This document shows, piece after piece, positions 46,393 through 57,112 of a stretch of 64,000 bases of DNA. A program made the position numbers and the translations under genes. Position 1 is the first letter of the stretch; every line of letters begins with the position of its first letter. The DNA is from an uncultured Nitrososphaeraceae archaeon. Lineage in GTDB: Archaea > Thermoproteota > Nitrososphaeria > Nitrososphaerales > Nitrososphaeraceae. The notes under the pieces were generated by a model that saw only the letters and a list, made by a program, of their open reading frames with translations, had not been told where the DNA came from and made no database searches. The stretch lies in contig CAWIMJ010000010.1 in assembly GCA_963837175.1 (NCBI GenBank), forward strand, positions 28,453 through 92,452, read 5' to 3'.

Positions 46393-46696
46393 ATCATGAT
46401 CCTCTGGACAAGAAAATATATAAAGATTCATAGGATGAGTTCAATTATCTGACAAATTAAGCCGAGATCAATGAACTCATTTTTCTATTGAATCGTGCTG
46501 ACAGCTGCTGCATCTGTACGTTATTTAATTAGGATATAGCATATCTAACATATTGATGAATAAAAATTGATATTGTTGTTATCTAAATCCAAGCGATTAT
46601 TTTTGTATGATAATCTTTTCAGTATTTCTACTTCCTATCAATAAAAGCTAAAATCAGAAATGCTAGAATTAGGTACAGTTGAGATATGACTTAATG

Positions 46697-46814
46697 TCGT
46701 GGATAGTTTCAGTGCCATCTTTTAATTACTCACTCCTTTCTTCAGTATACTAGCAATAATTACTCTATACTCAGCACTATAAGAACCCGTGTAGTTAGCG
46801 GGTTCGGTGGGAAT
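46697..46814 (-). repeat. Dispersed repeat copy A: hairpin + RBS + start of an integrase-like ORF remnant
   Basis: Similar to the reverse complement of 49223..49336; AGGAGTGA then MALKLSTTLSHISTVPN. Confidence 0.8.
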
Positions 46815-47029
46815 AGTGCCGATATCGTTACTAAAAGTAGGTTCCTAGAATAGTTGAGAACAATCCGAGCTTTAAAAGTTTTATTATGCCCTAGGTCAGT
46901 AACCAGCCCTTGTTTTTAGCTAACAGATAGACCATTGAAGAAGCAACAAGGTGTTATACTTTGATATGTTTCAACAACTATACTTTTGATCATTTCACTT
47001 ATAAATATATTTTATATACCCTAATCCAT

Positions 47030-47522
47030 ATGAACAAAATTATCCCATGTTTGTGGTTCGATGATAAAGCTGAGGAGGCGAGCAACGTTTTATGCCTCAA
47101 TTTTTAAAAACTCAAAGGTTGGCGATGTTACCCGCTATGGAAAAGAGGGGTATGAGATTCACGGAAGGGAGGCGGGAACAGTAATGACTGTGGAATTTGA
47201 AATTGAAGGGCAAAAATTTGTAGCCCTTAATGGTGGTCCGATTTTTAAATTTAATGAAGCCATTTCATTCCAAGTGCATTGTGAGACACAAAAAGAGGTA
47301 GACTATTATTGGGAAAAGCTTTCCCAGGGCGGAGATGAACAGGTGCAGCAATGCGGTTGGCTCAAGGACAAATATGGAGTCTCATGGCAAATTGTTCCCA
47401 TTGTTTTGGCAAAAATGCTACAAGACAAGGATACTAAGAAATCGGATAGAGTCATGAAGGCAATGCTTCAAATGCGTAGGCTTGACATAATGACTTTGAG
47501 GCAGGCCTATGAGGACAAATAA
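47030..47522 (+). pseudogene. VOC/PhnB-like (3-demethylubiquinone-9 3-methyltransferase family) protein, one frameshift
   Basis: MNKIIPCLWFDDKAEEA joins ATFYASIF..ALNGGP..CGWLKDKYGVSWQIVP if A47081 is removed. Confidence 0.88.
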
Positions 47523-47940
47523 CTATGAGAATATCAACTGTGAGGTTATGGTAGATAACCTGTTAAATGCAAGTATGCATGATAGATGGATAATTTCAAA
47601 AAACAATTGTCTCAATATACACCTATATCAGCACCCTTATAATATGTCTCTCCTATTGCTCTAAGTAATTGTAAAGAGAAAGTTGGATCGTGAAAAACTA
47701 TCTTCATTTTAAAGGTACTTCAATTCTGGTATGTATTTGAGTTGAATTTAACACCTGATAAAATCTAAAGCTAGGATATAATACTAAGAAAATTAACTTG
47801 TATTTGACCTGGTAAATATTGAATAATGTTTTGTGAAAATAAAAATCGTATAAATAAAAGCGCTGAGATGCTATGTAATCTCTATTACATGAATAATAAT
47901 TATCAATAATCTTATAAATTACTCCGTCGATACGATATCG

Positions 47941-48453
47941 ATGTATAATAGGCAGCATCTTAAATCATACAATATATCAAAATTAGGAGTTATTGTATTA
48001 TCCATTGTATTATTAACTGGAATATCTATTATTCCAACATTACAAATTGAAGTCCAAGGTCGAGGGCAACCGCTCCGATTAACAACACCTGGTACATCAC
48101 CAACACCTGGTACATCACCAACACATGGTAGATCTCCACCACCAGCAACACCAGGAACTACTGCAGCACCATCACCTACTCCGGCACCACCCACACCAGG
48201 AATGACTCCTCCTCTATCATCAGCAACTATCCGTCCTCCATCAGATTTTGGGGCAATAGGCGGAGCAGTTAATCAAAGTGCTACGGTAATGATTCCTCAA
48301 AGCTCTGTGATGACAATGTTGGACAACTTACAAACAGCTATGAATGCAGTAGCAGATGATGAAGTTGCTATGATGGCATTAGAAAATGTGGATCAGGAAT
48401 TAAAAAGTGCAGCAAATGCAGCAGGTATGCCTGTAGAAAACATGGCAGGTTGA
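47941..48453 (+). CDS. Secreted Pro/Thr-rich protein with a Met-rich helical C-terminus
   Basis: TM/signal segment, TPGTSP repeats, SVMTMLDNLQTAMNAV. Confidence 0.75.
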   Translation: MYNRQHLKSYNISKLGVIVLSIVLLTGISIIPTLQIEVQGRGQPLRLTTPGTSPTPGTSPTHGRSPPPATPGTTAAPSPTPAPPTPGMTPPLSSATIRPPSDFGAIGGAVNQSATVMIPQSSVMTMLDNLQTAMNAVADDEVAMMALENVDQELKSAANAAGMPVENMAG

Positions 48454-48772
48454 GTAGGTAGACAAGGTGCAGCAGCAGAATATCATAATTTTATGGCCGC
48501 ATAATTACAAAAGAGAGCACATTATCAACAAGTGACAATGAAGTTAAGTAATAAATGAAGAATCTAAGCAAGGTTTCTATACACAAGAAAGTATTGTTCA
48601 TAGATAGACTAATCAAAAAAAGGGTGAAAACGAACTAGACTATACCCTCTTTTTTGCTCATCCCATAAACTAGCTAGTTAATAACCTCTTTGCTTCTTCA
48701 GCTTGACTGATTGAACCATTAGAGTCACCATCTTTTAGTATCCAAGGTGAAACACAAGAAAAACAAGTTGAA

Positions 48773-49063
48773 ATGACTCTTTTTATAGGTGCTGGAATTG
48801 TATATCTTGGATTATTTGTTTGGATCCTTAAGACAAAGATTAGAAGTAAGATTCCATACATTGTTGTAGCAGCAGTATCTGTTATATTAATTGCAACGTA
48901 TGCAGCATCTAGAACAATTGGTGTTCCAATAGTGGGAGTAGAGTATTACATAGGCAAGCTAGACATGGTTAGTAAAGCACTTCAAGTAATAATGATTGGC
49001 ATGTCAGTATATTTGATATCTACAGCACGTAAAACTTTGATAAAAGAAGAAACGATAAGATAA
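48773..49063 (+). CDS. Three-TM membrane protein, probably 5'-truncated
   Basis: LFIGAGIVY, YAASRTIGVPIVG, DMVSKALQ; upstream in-frame stops. Confidence 0.65.
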   Translation: MTLFIGAGIVYLGLFVWILKTKIRSKIPYIVVAAVSVILIATYAASRTIGVPIVGVEYYIGKLDMVSKALQVIMIGMSVYLISTARKTLIKEETIR

Positions 49064-49222
49064 GACAGAGGTATTATTATTTATCTAAATAATTATTTCT
49101 CCTACCTCTTCCTACAATCTCTTAATTTTATTTAAAGCTGTAGGAATGTTGTTAGATCACTACCAACATATGCATGATATAATCTACTCTTTTCGCGTTG
49201 CAAATGGTCAAATTTGTCATGC

Positions 49223-49336
49223 ATTCCACCGAACCTGCTAACTATATGGGTTCTTATACCGCTGAGCATAGAGTATTTATTGCTAGTATACTAAAAGGAG
49301 TGAGTACATAAAATATGACGATGAAACTGTCCACGA
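49223..49336 (+). repeat. Dispersed repeat copy B
   Basis: Inverted homolog of 46697..46814; AGGAGTGA then MTMKLSTILISSIP. Confidence 0.8.
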
Positions 49337-49434
49337 TTTTAATCTCATCAATTCCTAAGTTAATTATATAAAATATAATTCTGGTTTACTGACTACAAAA
49401 TATTTTTTATAGGAAGGACGCAATTGTACTGATA

Positions 49435-50184
49435 TTGTCATACTCTACTTCTCCAAATATTGAAATTCGAACAATAAAAGAGGTTAACCTTAAAGGAGGG
49501 ACTGTCATTGATGGCTTTCCTAGCGTAGGGCTAATCAATGCGATTGCCTCTGGATGCTTTATTCATTCACTAAAAAATGAACTTGTCGCTGTATTAGATT
49601 CATTGGGATTTCCAGCATTGTCGGTAATTTATAATGGTACTCCAAATTTTCCGGCAAGAATTTATGCAAATGAGAATCTCAAGCTTGCCTTTCTTATATC
49701 AGAATTAAACCTTGACCAATCAATGTATTATTGTGTATCAAAAACAATTTTACAATGGGCAAAAAAGAATGAGTGTGGACTTGTCATTAGCGCTGCCGGC
49801 ATGCCAACCGAAATATCCAATTCATCTGCCGGGAAATCTAAAATACAAGAAATATATGCTGTAGCAAGTACAAAAAAGGCTCAAGAAAGACTCGAAAAAG
49901 TTGAAATTGTTCAGCTTTCCAGTGGCTCGATAACAGGAATTCCTGCCTTATTATTAAATGAAGGATCATGGATGAATTTTGACGTTATTGTTTTGCTAAC
50001 AAAAGTGATAAAAGACGTATCAGATTTTCGAGCTGCAGCAGCAATTTCAGAAGCAGTGATGAAACTACTTCCAGATGCGTCCTGTGATATCAATTCTTTG
50101 ATCAAAGAAGCAGAAATAATAGAAAAAAATCTGAGAGAAGCTAGATTAGAACAGGCAAATTCTGGTTCAAATGTCTATAGATAA
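49435..50184 (+). CDS. PAC2 family proteasome assembly chaperone
   Basis: VIDGFPSVGL, PNFPARIYAN, GSITGIPALLLNEG, DFRAAA, LIKEAEIIE. Confidence 0.88.
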   Translation: MSYSTSPNIEIRTIKEVNLKGGTVIDGFPSVGLINAIASGCFIHSLKNELVAVLDSLGFPALSVIYNGTPNFPARIYANENLKLAFLISELNLDQSMYYCVSKTILQWAKKNECGLVISAAGMPTEISNSSAGKSKIQEIYAVASTKKAQERLEKVEIVQLSSGSITGIPALLLNEGSWMNFDVIVLLTKVIKDVSDFRAAAAISEAVMKLLPDASCDINSLIKEAEIIEKNLREARLEQANSGSNVYR

Positions 50185-50573
50185 AAAGTACGTTTCTTTA
50201 TATAGAGTAAGTAGTAATACCTATAGATTTTAAATTACCAGCAGTTCTGGAATCCTCTAATCTATGACTATCATTGTTCCATAACCAGAACAACTTACCT
50301 CTTAAATCCAAACCAGTTTGATGTGTTTAGAATGTTATTGTTATTGAATATTGAACATGCCTTTGTAAATCCTTGAATGTCACTAATTATCGAAGAATAG
50401 TAAAAGTTGCATCAGCTGCATAAAGTATGAACAAGAAGTATAACACCTATGACGAGTGTATAACTATGCAGAAAATTGTAGAGATATAATATTCATCTTT
50501 TTATTATTATTCATTTTCGCTTTCTAAAAGACCATAAAAACAGACATAGCATTTCAATGTTAGCGGTTTTCTT

Positions 50574-51476
50574 TTAATCATTTTGATGTGGGTGTTGATG
50601 TTCTTGTACATGAATATGAGGATGCGCATGCTTCTGATCTCCATGCGAGTGTGTATGATATATTCTTCTCAGAAATGCATAAAGTGATGATATCCCAAAT
50701 GCTGCTGCTCCAAATAATACTATCGTAGCACCAGACGCAGAATCAAAATAGAAACTAGCATACATTCCTAAGAAGGAAGTAGCAATACCTATTATTGTAG
50801 AAATTGTAACCATTTTTAGGAAGTTGTTTGTAAGCATCCTAGCTGATATTGCAGGCGCTACTATAGCAGCCGCAAGTAGAGTAACTCCAATAGCATTCAT
50901 AGAAGCAATCACTACTGCTGCAAGAACTAATGAAAAGATCAATTCGATAAGATCACCTTTCACTCCATAAACTTTGGATGTTTCCTTGTCAAATAATATG
51001 AAAATGAGTTTCTTGTGACAGAAGAAAACAAAGAGAATTGTTAGAATAGATACCAGAGAAATCACGAGCAGATCTTGATCCGTTATTCCAAGTATATTAC
51101 CAAAAAGAAGAGATTCAAAATCCCTAGTAAAACTTCGTGTCGTGCTAATTAACAAAACACCAATTGCAAAACCTGCAGTAGTGACAACTCCTATAGCGGC
51201 ATCTGCTTTAATTTTGTTTCTTCTATTTATCTCATTGATAATAATAGCAGAGATAAATCCCCAAAGCGTTGCACCAATATACACATTAAAACTAAGAATG
51301 TAGCTTGCTACTGCTCCTCCAAAAACAGCATGCGACATTCCGTGTCCGATATAACTCATTCCACGTAATACTATATATACGCCAACAAGTCCACATACAC
51401 CTCCTACCATTATTGCTACTATTATTCCTCGTGTGAAAAATTCGTATTGAAATGGTTGTATGATATATTCTAACAA
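50574..51476 (-). CDS. Metal ABC transporter permease (ZnuB/MntB type) with His-rich tail
   Basis: VLRGMSYIGHGMSHAVFGG, DAAIG, LLFGNILG; tail HTHSHGDQKHAHPHIHVQEHQHPH. Confidence 0.93.
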   Translation of the reverse strand: MLEYIIQPFQYEFFTRGIIVAIMVGGVCGLVGVYIVLRGMSYIGHGMSHAVFGGAVASYILSFNVYIGATLWGFISAIIINEINRRNKIKADAAIGVVTTAGFAIGVLLISTTRSFTRDFESLLFGNILGITDQDLLVISLVSILTILFVFFCHKKLIFILFDKETSKVYGVKGDLIELIFSLVLAAVVIASMNAIGVTLLAAAIVAPAISARMLTNNFLKMVTISTIIGIATSFLGMYASFYFDSASGATIVLFGAAAFGISSLYAFLRRIYHTHSHGDQKHAHPHIHVQEHQHPHQND

Positions 51477-51488
51477 ATTTTTGTTTTA

Positions 51489-52325
51489 TCACCCTTCTTC
51501 AGTTGGCTTTGTAGATGTTACCGAGGTATTGTCGATTAATCCATATGTTTTTAAGAGATTAGTTTCCGTAAGTGTATCTGCTGGGGAACCTTGAGATATT
51601 ATGTTTTTATTTAAACATACAACCCATGGAAGTCGTCTTGCTAGGCCAGTAATGTCGTGAGTTGCTATTATAATTGTGATTCCCTTAGTATTTAGTTCTG
51701 TCAATATTCCTAGAATTCTTTCTCGTGTATTATAGTCTACTCCAGATGTGGGCTCATCTAATAAAAGAATACTTGGATTGCGAATCAATGCTCTGGCTAG
51801 AAATACTCGTTGTTGCTCTCCTCCCGATAGTTCCCTTATTTGTCTTTTCATGTATAAACTACCATCCAGCCCAAGACTATCAAGTATATACTCTATCTCA
51901 TCAGTTGAATTTTTTGCAAGCCAGGGTGTTGCTCCTGATTAATCCCAAATCCCCATAGCAACTACTTCTTTGACTGTTACGGGAAAAGTCCAGTCAACAC
52001 TCTCTACTTGAGGCACATATCCAATGGAAGGTATGTCTTTATGCACTCTGAAAGTTGACCGAAACCAAGAATTCTGTTGTTGTCCTTTTGATGAAGCAGG
52101 GCACATAATATTATTATTATTAAACTCAATAGAACCATGCCATGGCTTGTATAAACCTACAATTATTTTAAGAAGCGTGGATTTACCCAATCCACTGGGT
52201 CCGAGCAATCCAAGCATTATGCCTTTTGGAACTGTCAGGTTTACTCCATCAAGAACAGGTAAATGATAAGAGTATCCATATGTTATATTTTGCAAGTTTA
52301 AGCAAATATTAGTATTTGTGTTCAT
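51489..52325 (-). pseudogene. Metal ABC transporter ATPase with in-frame TAA
   Basis: GPSGLGKST, GYVPQ, LSGGEQQRVFLARAL, LLLDEPT; both ORFs are in one frame, stop at 51939-51941. Confidence 0.9.
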
Positions 52326-52331
52326 TTATGC

Positions 52332-53426
52332 TCACCTTGATAAGTGTATGTATGTATCCATAGGATCGATATGATTCAAAGCAGTTACATTGCCACCAAG
52401 CGGCACAAGCATATTGCGCATATTTTCTAACATCATTCCAACATATGTATGTGCAGGATCACCACTTTCCCCAGGAAGATCATCGTCACTTAACGTTTCA
52501 ACAATCTTTACATTTGCTTCTCTCGCTATTTGATCAACTACTTTACTTTGAAAAACTTCAGATGCAAATATGGCTGGTACTCTCTCAGCACGTATTTGCT
52601 CTATTAGCCTACCGACTTCCCTTGGTGTAGGTTCTCCAAAATCAGAAGGTTGAACTGCACCGATTACAGTCATGCCGTAACGTGGTGCAAAATACGCCCA
52701 TGAATCGTGGTACGTAAGCAATTTTCTATTTTGGGGAGGAACAGTATGTACTGACTGTATTATTGCTTTGTCTAATTTCTTCAAAATTAGGAGATATCTT
52801 TCTGTATTAGAAGAATAATAGTCGACGTTCTGAGGATCCATCTCTATAAATTTATCCCTTGTAAGGTTTGCAAATTTCATAGCATATGCTATGTTCAACC
52901 ATAGGTGTGGATTAGGATCGCCCCTTTCTTTTGGAAAACTAAGATCAAAAATCCATTGATTCTTTGTTATAGTAGTATCTCCAAGTTTTAGCAATTGTAA
53001 CTGATGATTTTTGATCTGTGCTTGGTTTACGGCTCTTTCGATATTTCCTTCAAGGTTAAGTCCATCGATAATTACAAGATTTGCATTTTCTATTTTGATT
53101 CTATCTGAAGGGACTAATTCATAAGTATGTGAATTAATACCTTCTGGAATAAGTCCTGTTAGTTCTATTCTTTCACCACCTATATTTTTGACTATATTTG
53201 TGATAGGTGAAACAGATGTTACGACATTAAGTTGTGTCCTTGTAGTATTATCAATACCACTACCAACAGAAGAGAAAGAAGAATTAGTAGTCGTATTAAT
53301 TGATATTGAAACAGGAGTAGTAGAACCTGCAGCTGTATAGACTTCTAGATTCAAACTTACACCAATAACTGAAGCAATTGCAGCAGCCAAACTGGTAATT
53401 TGTATAATAATTAAGTTTTTCGTCAA
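52332..53426 (-). CDS. Metal ABC substrate-binding protein (ZnuA/TroA cluster A-I)
   Basis: NSHTYE, NPHLWL, YHDSWAYF, LSDD ligand motifs; N-terminal anchor. Confidence 0.93.
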   Translation of the reverse strand: MTKNLIIIQITSLAAAIASVIGVSLNLEVYTAAGSTTPVSISINTTTNSSFSSVGSGIDNTTRTQLNVVTSVSPITNIVKNIGGERIELTGLIPEGINSHTYELVPSDRIKIENANLVIIDGLNLEGNIERAVNQAQIKNHQLQLLKLGDTTITKNQWIFDLSFPKERGDPNPHLWLNIAYAMKFANLTRDKFIEMDPQNVDYYSSNTERYLLILKKLDKAIIQSVHTVPPQNRKLLTYHDSWAYFAPRYGMTVIGAVQPSDFGEPTPREVGRLIEQIRAERVPAIFASEVFQSKVVDQIAREANVKIVETLSDDDLPGESGDPAHTYVGMMLENMRNMLVPLGGNVTALNHIDPMDTYIHLSR

Positions 53427-53447
53427 TGAGACAAAATATGAAATCCA

Positions 53448-53475
53448 GTATTAATAGTTTTATAATTAGTATTAC
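53448..53475. promoter_or_regulatory. Candidate NikR operator overlapping the TATA box of the ABC operon
   Basis: GTATTA-N16-TATTAC, same spacing as the E. coli NikR site GTATGA-N16-TCATAC. Confidence 0.6.
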
Positions 53476-53675
53476 TCTTGATAGCTTAAATATATTCAAA
53501 ATACCAGACTAATCATACCGCTTAATATTACGAAATTCATATTCTAATTGACAACGACTAATTTGATTAAAAAAGGATTTTATAACTTTGATTTTTTAAA
53601 AATGTATCCTGAACAAGAAGCAGTGCAATAGATTTTTAAATACTATATGTAATGAACCTAATTAAATTAATATTA

Positions 53676-54134
53676 TTAATCAAGAGATACGAAATGAACC
53701 TTTAGACTCTTGATTCCTCGATTTTCTGATAGATATTTTGCAAGTTCTTTGATTTTTTTAATTTGTCCTTTTACCATAATAGTTTCCAGGCAATTATCAC
53801 CTTCCAAATGCAAATGTGTGGAAGCACTAATTACATATTTGTATTTATGCTGAATTTGAGTTGATTTTGTGTCTTGGTTATAAATATGGTTGTCGTATAG
53901 CATTATTATTGCGCCAGCCCCATCCTCATTTTCACCCACTTTCCAATCATAATTATCTATAAAAGAATGAATTGCTGTTTGAATCGCTTTGGATCTGTCT
54001 GAATATCCTGCTTTAATCATACTCTTATCAAATTTAGATAATAATTCAGGTGATAATGACATACTTATTCGCTTTACAGGAGCATGCCTTTTATGATAGT
54101 GATTCGAGTTGCTCACAGCTATCCTCACTATCAA
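53676..54134 (-). CDS. nikR: Nickel-responsive regulator NikR
   Basis: RHH strand RISMSL, YSDRSKAI; Ni ligands in QH, THLH and NCLE. Confidence 0.9.
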   Translation of the reverse strand: MIVRIAVSNSNHYHKRHAPVKRISMSLSPELLSKFDKSMIKAGYSDRSKAIQTAIHSFIDNYDWKVGENEDGAGAIIMLYDNHIYNQDTKSTQIQHKYKYVISASTHLHLEGDNCLETIMVKGQIKKIKELAKYLSENRGIKSLKVHFVSLD

Positions 54135-54346
54135 AATTGGCTTGGGGGTTTTTATCTTTTAGTATAAATAACATTGTATAGAAGTTGCTAAAACTTATGA
54201 AGGTAGGTTGGAATCAATATAATTATGTGAGCACAAGTTAGTATAGAGAAATGGTGTAGTTTGGCTGTCATTTTTTTGCGATATTGAAAAAGAAAGGAGA
54301 TTAAGAACCTTTGTATAACTACTGATAAGGAGAGACAGTAAATCAT

Positions 54347-54905
54347 ATGAGCAATAATAATCGAAAGAAAAAAAATAGACGACATCCTAACTTAGGAGCA
54401 GTATTTGACAAGCATGTAAAGTGCGAATTCCAAGATCATGATGTAGACACAACGATGAAGATAATGGTTAAAGAGCCATATGTACACCATGTACCAACAT
54501 TAACTGGAGGAATAGGCTATGATGGAGTCTACAATTTCTATAAGAATGATTTTGTCGGTAAAAATACCTGCTGATACAAAGATTGTACATGTCTCTGGTA
54601 CTGTTGGAAAGGATCAGGTTGTTGATGAGCTCATTCTTAGTTTTACACATGATAGAGAAATTAAAATTATGCTTCCTGGGATACCACCAACAGGTAAGTA
54701 TGTAGAGCTAGCGCATGTTGTGGTCATGAAGTTTGATGGTGATAAGATAGCACATGAACACATTTATTGGGATCAAACATCTCTCTTGGTTCAGATAGGC
54801 CTCCTTGATTCAAAGATCCTACTTGCATATGGTATAGAACAAACAAGGAAGCTATTAGAGATATCATCACAGAAAAAAAGAAGAAACAAGAACAACTACC
54901 GTTGA
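54347..54905 (+). pseudogene. SnoaL-like ester cyclase family protein, one frameshift
   Basis: PYVHHVPTLTGG..FYK, VVDE, FTHD..MLPGIPPTGK, HEHIYWDQ; extra A in the A-run near 54560. Confidence 0.85.
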
Positions 54906-55021
54906 TCATCTATACAATAGATACAAAGGGAAAAGCAGCAAAAATGACTACAACAGCAACTGATTGTAATTCTTTTCTAATTCTCCTATGACTATTGAAT
55001 TTGGTGAGAATCATTCTCATT

Positions 55022-55590
55022 TCACCTTACTGGCATTATCTGATCGATAAGCCCTTGTTCAGTTCTTGTACCTGATATGTATTTACCAATACGCTTCCAA
55101 GTAAAAGTATCATGATTACTCCCACTATTACTCACAGCCCAAAAATCATAATCTCCATACTTTCTATCACCATTTTGATTTAGGCTTGTATTGTCTGTGA
55201 TTCCATTATATGAATCGGTTATTTTCACAAGTTTAGTTTTTAAGTAATTGGTATCATGTGTAGCTTTGGTATTATTCTCAGCTAGAGCTGCTATCCATAG
55301 TATATCATAAGCAACACTTGCATAAGATCTACGAGTTCTCTCGATTTGCTCATGAATCTGAGCTTCGACATCTTTAAACCTTTTATCATTATGATTTTCG
55401 ACTCCATATAATGGAGTCGAGAAACTTGTGTTTAGTGCGAAGGTTGCGGCTTCAGCATTTCTTACAATCTTGTTATTTAGCGCAGAACCATCACTTCCAT
55501 ACCATTTTACTTTGGAAAGAAGATCGTGGTTTTGTGCTTGAATAAAAATGGGCACGACTTCATCAAAGGCTACAAGGTATACTCCAACCT
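55022..55590 (-). pseudogene. C-terminal fragment of a LivJ-like ABC substrate-binding protein
   Basis: VYLVAFDEVVPIFIQA, WYGSDG, YASVAYD, LNQNGDR..YDFW; N-terminal half missing. Confidence 0.75.
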
Positions 55591-55732
55591 TGTCAAAGAT
55601 ATGTCTATTCTCAAATATATAATAACAGCTCGCTTGTACAGCTCTTTTTATGTTCTAAGCTGCACGATGTTTCTTATTGTTGTAAACTTCTAGAAATACT
55701 TAATAGATATAATATAACAAAGGCTAGTAACT

Positions 55733-56458
55733 CTACTTTGATAAAAATACCGGTAAAGATACGTACTGATCAGAATCTGCTATCAAAGAGTAACTTTTTA
55801 TCTTGTATGTTTGTAATTTCTCTGTTACCACGAGTCCAAATGCAGCATGACTATCTGAAGTAATATTTACTGGCTCAGCCAATGCTCTTCCAATTGCAAT
55901 TATATTATCATCTCTATCATAAAATGTAGCTATTGCAGTAGAGTCTGTAGCTGTCAATGGGCCTCCATTTACAATTCTGCCGTTGATATAATAAAAACCT
56001 AAAAGATCAAGTCTAGAATTATCAGAATGAATTTTTAGTGCTGTTGGCTTACTCTTCTCAATAGGAGTGCCTATCACAGATAATTTAAAGTCCTTTACAT
56101 TTTTAACAGTTTTTGTATTGATGTTTAGTATTTCAAATGGAGATATGCCCCCAGGATTAATTGTGCGTAATTCAGAAGACCTTTGAAATTCATTAAGTAA
56201 CTTTCCATTAGCATCATAAAATAAGGCCTTTGCTACTACATTTGTCATGGCTTTATTTGATATATTTTTTACTTCACCATAGACATGCATAATTTTATTT
56301 TCATCTACAAATGATGATGTTTTTTGAATTAAGAAGTCACTTGCTGCAAAAGCAATTCTCCATTCTGTATTGATAATAATCACCATAATATTTGTGCCAA
56401 ATAAGAATAAGACCATAATTATGATAATACTAATTCCCGACAACATATATATATACAA
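55733..56458 (-). CDS. Secreted FxLYD-domain protein (two domains)
   Basis: HVYGEVKN..ALFYDANG and YINGRIVN..ATFYDRDD. Confidence 0.85.
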   Translation of the reverse strand: MYIYMLSGISIIIIMVLFLFGTNIMVIIINTEWRIAFAASDFLIQKTSSFVDENKIMHVYGEVKNISNKAMTNVVAKALFYDANGKLLNEFQRSSELRTINPGGISPFEILNINTKTVKNVKDFKLSVIGTPIEKSKPTALKIHSDNSRLDLLGFYYINGRIVNGGPLTATDSTAIATFYDRDDNIIAIGRALAEPVNITSDSHAAFGLVVTEKLQTYKIKSYSLIADSDQYVSLPVFLSK

Positions 56459-57001
56459 AAGATGTATGTAAATAAACTTATTAACTTACTTTATCCAGGT
56501 ATGTGCTTCCTTATTCTTTCATAATTTATGGTTATAAACTATCTTAAATATTTGATTCGTCAGAGATAGTTATTCCTACTAGTAATCTATTTCTTATCTG
56601 ATCTAATTCATTGCTCTTTATTTTAGTAATAGGATGCCGTTATTGGTTCTCTTTTTCTTTTTTGAATGCCATAGAAAGTGATTTCGCACCTAGAAACCTT
56701 GTAACTATATTACTAATGTAATCTATTATCACTATAGATATATAAAAAATAATAAAACCTTTCAGTGACAAGTTACTTCGTTACGGTGAATAGCACTCTC
56801 AGCAATAGAAGTATTAACTAGTCCTTCTGGTGGAATATCCTAGAGCATAAATAAATATATCTGGCATTCAGCTATTGAAGAGTTAGAGTTCGTTTCACCT
56901 TTTGTTTCCGTGCATCTTGTTCTGTAATAATAGTAGATTATTGTACTAATATTGCTGCAGTTTGTCTCCTTCAATTTCTCAAGCTTCTTCAATGCTTTGT
57001 C

Positions 57002-57112
57002 TTATTCTTCTTCCTCTTCCTCTTCCTCTAGATCATCCAACTCTTCTTGTTGTTCATCTTGTACTTGATGGGTTTCATCTTTAATTTCTTCTCTGTCAAT
57101 TTCTTCACTCAT
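57002..57112 (-). CDS. 36-aa hyper-acidic microprotein or gene remnant
   Basis: MSEEIDREEIKDETHQVQDEQQEELDDLEEEEEEEE. Confidence 0.45.
   Translation of the reverse strand: MSEEIDREEIKDETHQVQDEQQEELDDLEEEEEEEE

Noticed and set aside
46700-46760. Hammerhead ribozyme (CTGAAGA...GAAAC on the minus strand)
   Set aside because: Stem II does not form, and the core is missing from the homologous copy at 49223..49336.
46783-46815. tRNA gene suggested by GGTTCG
   Set aside because: No cloverleaf or acceptor stem; it is part of the dispersed repeat hairpin.
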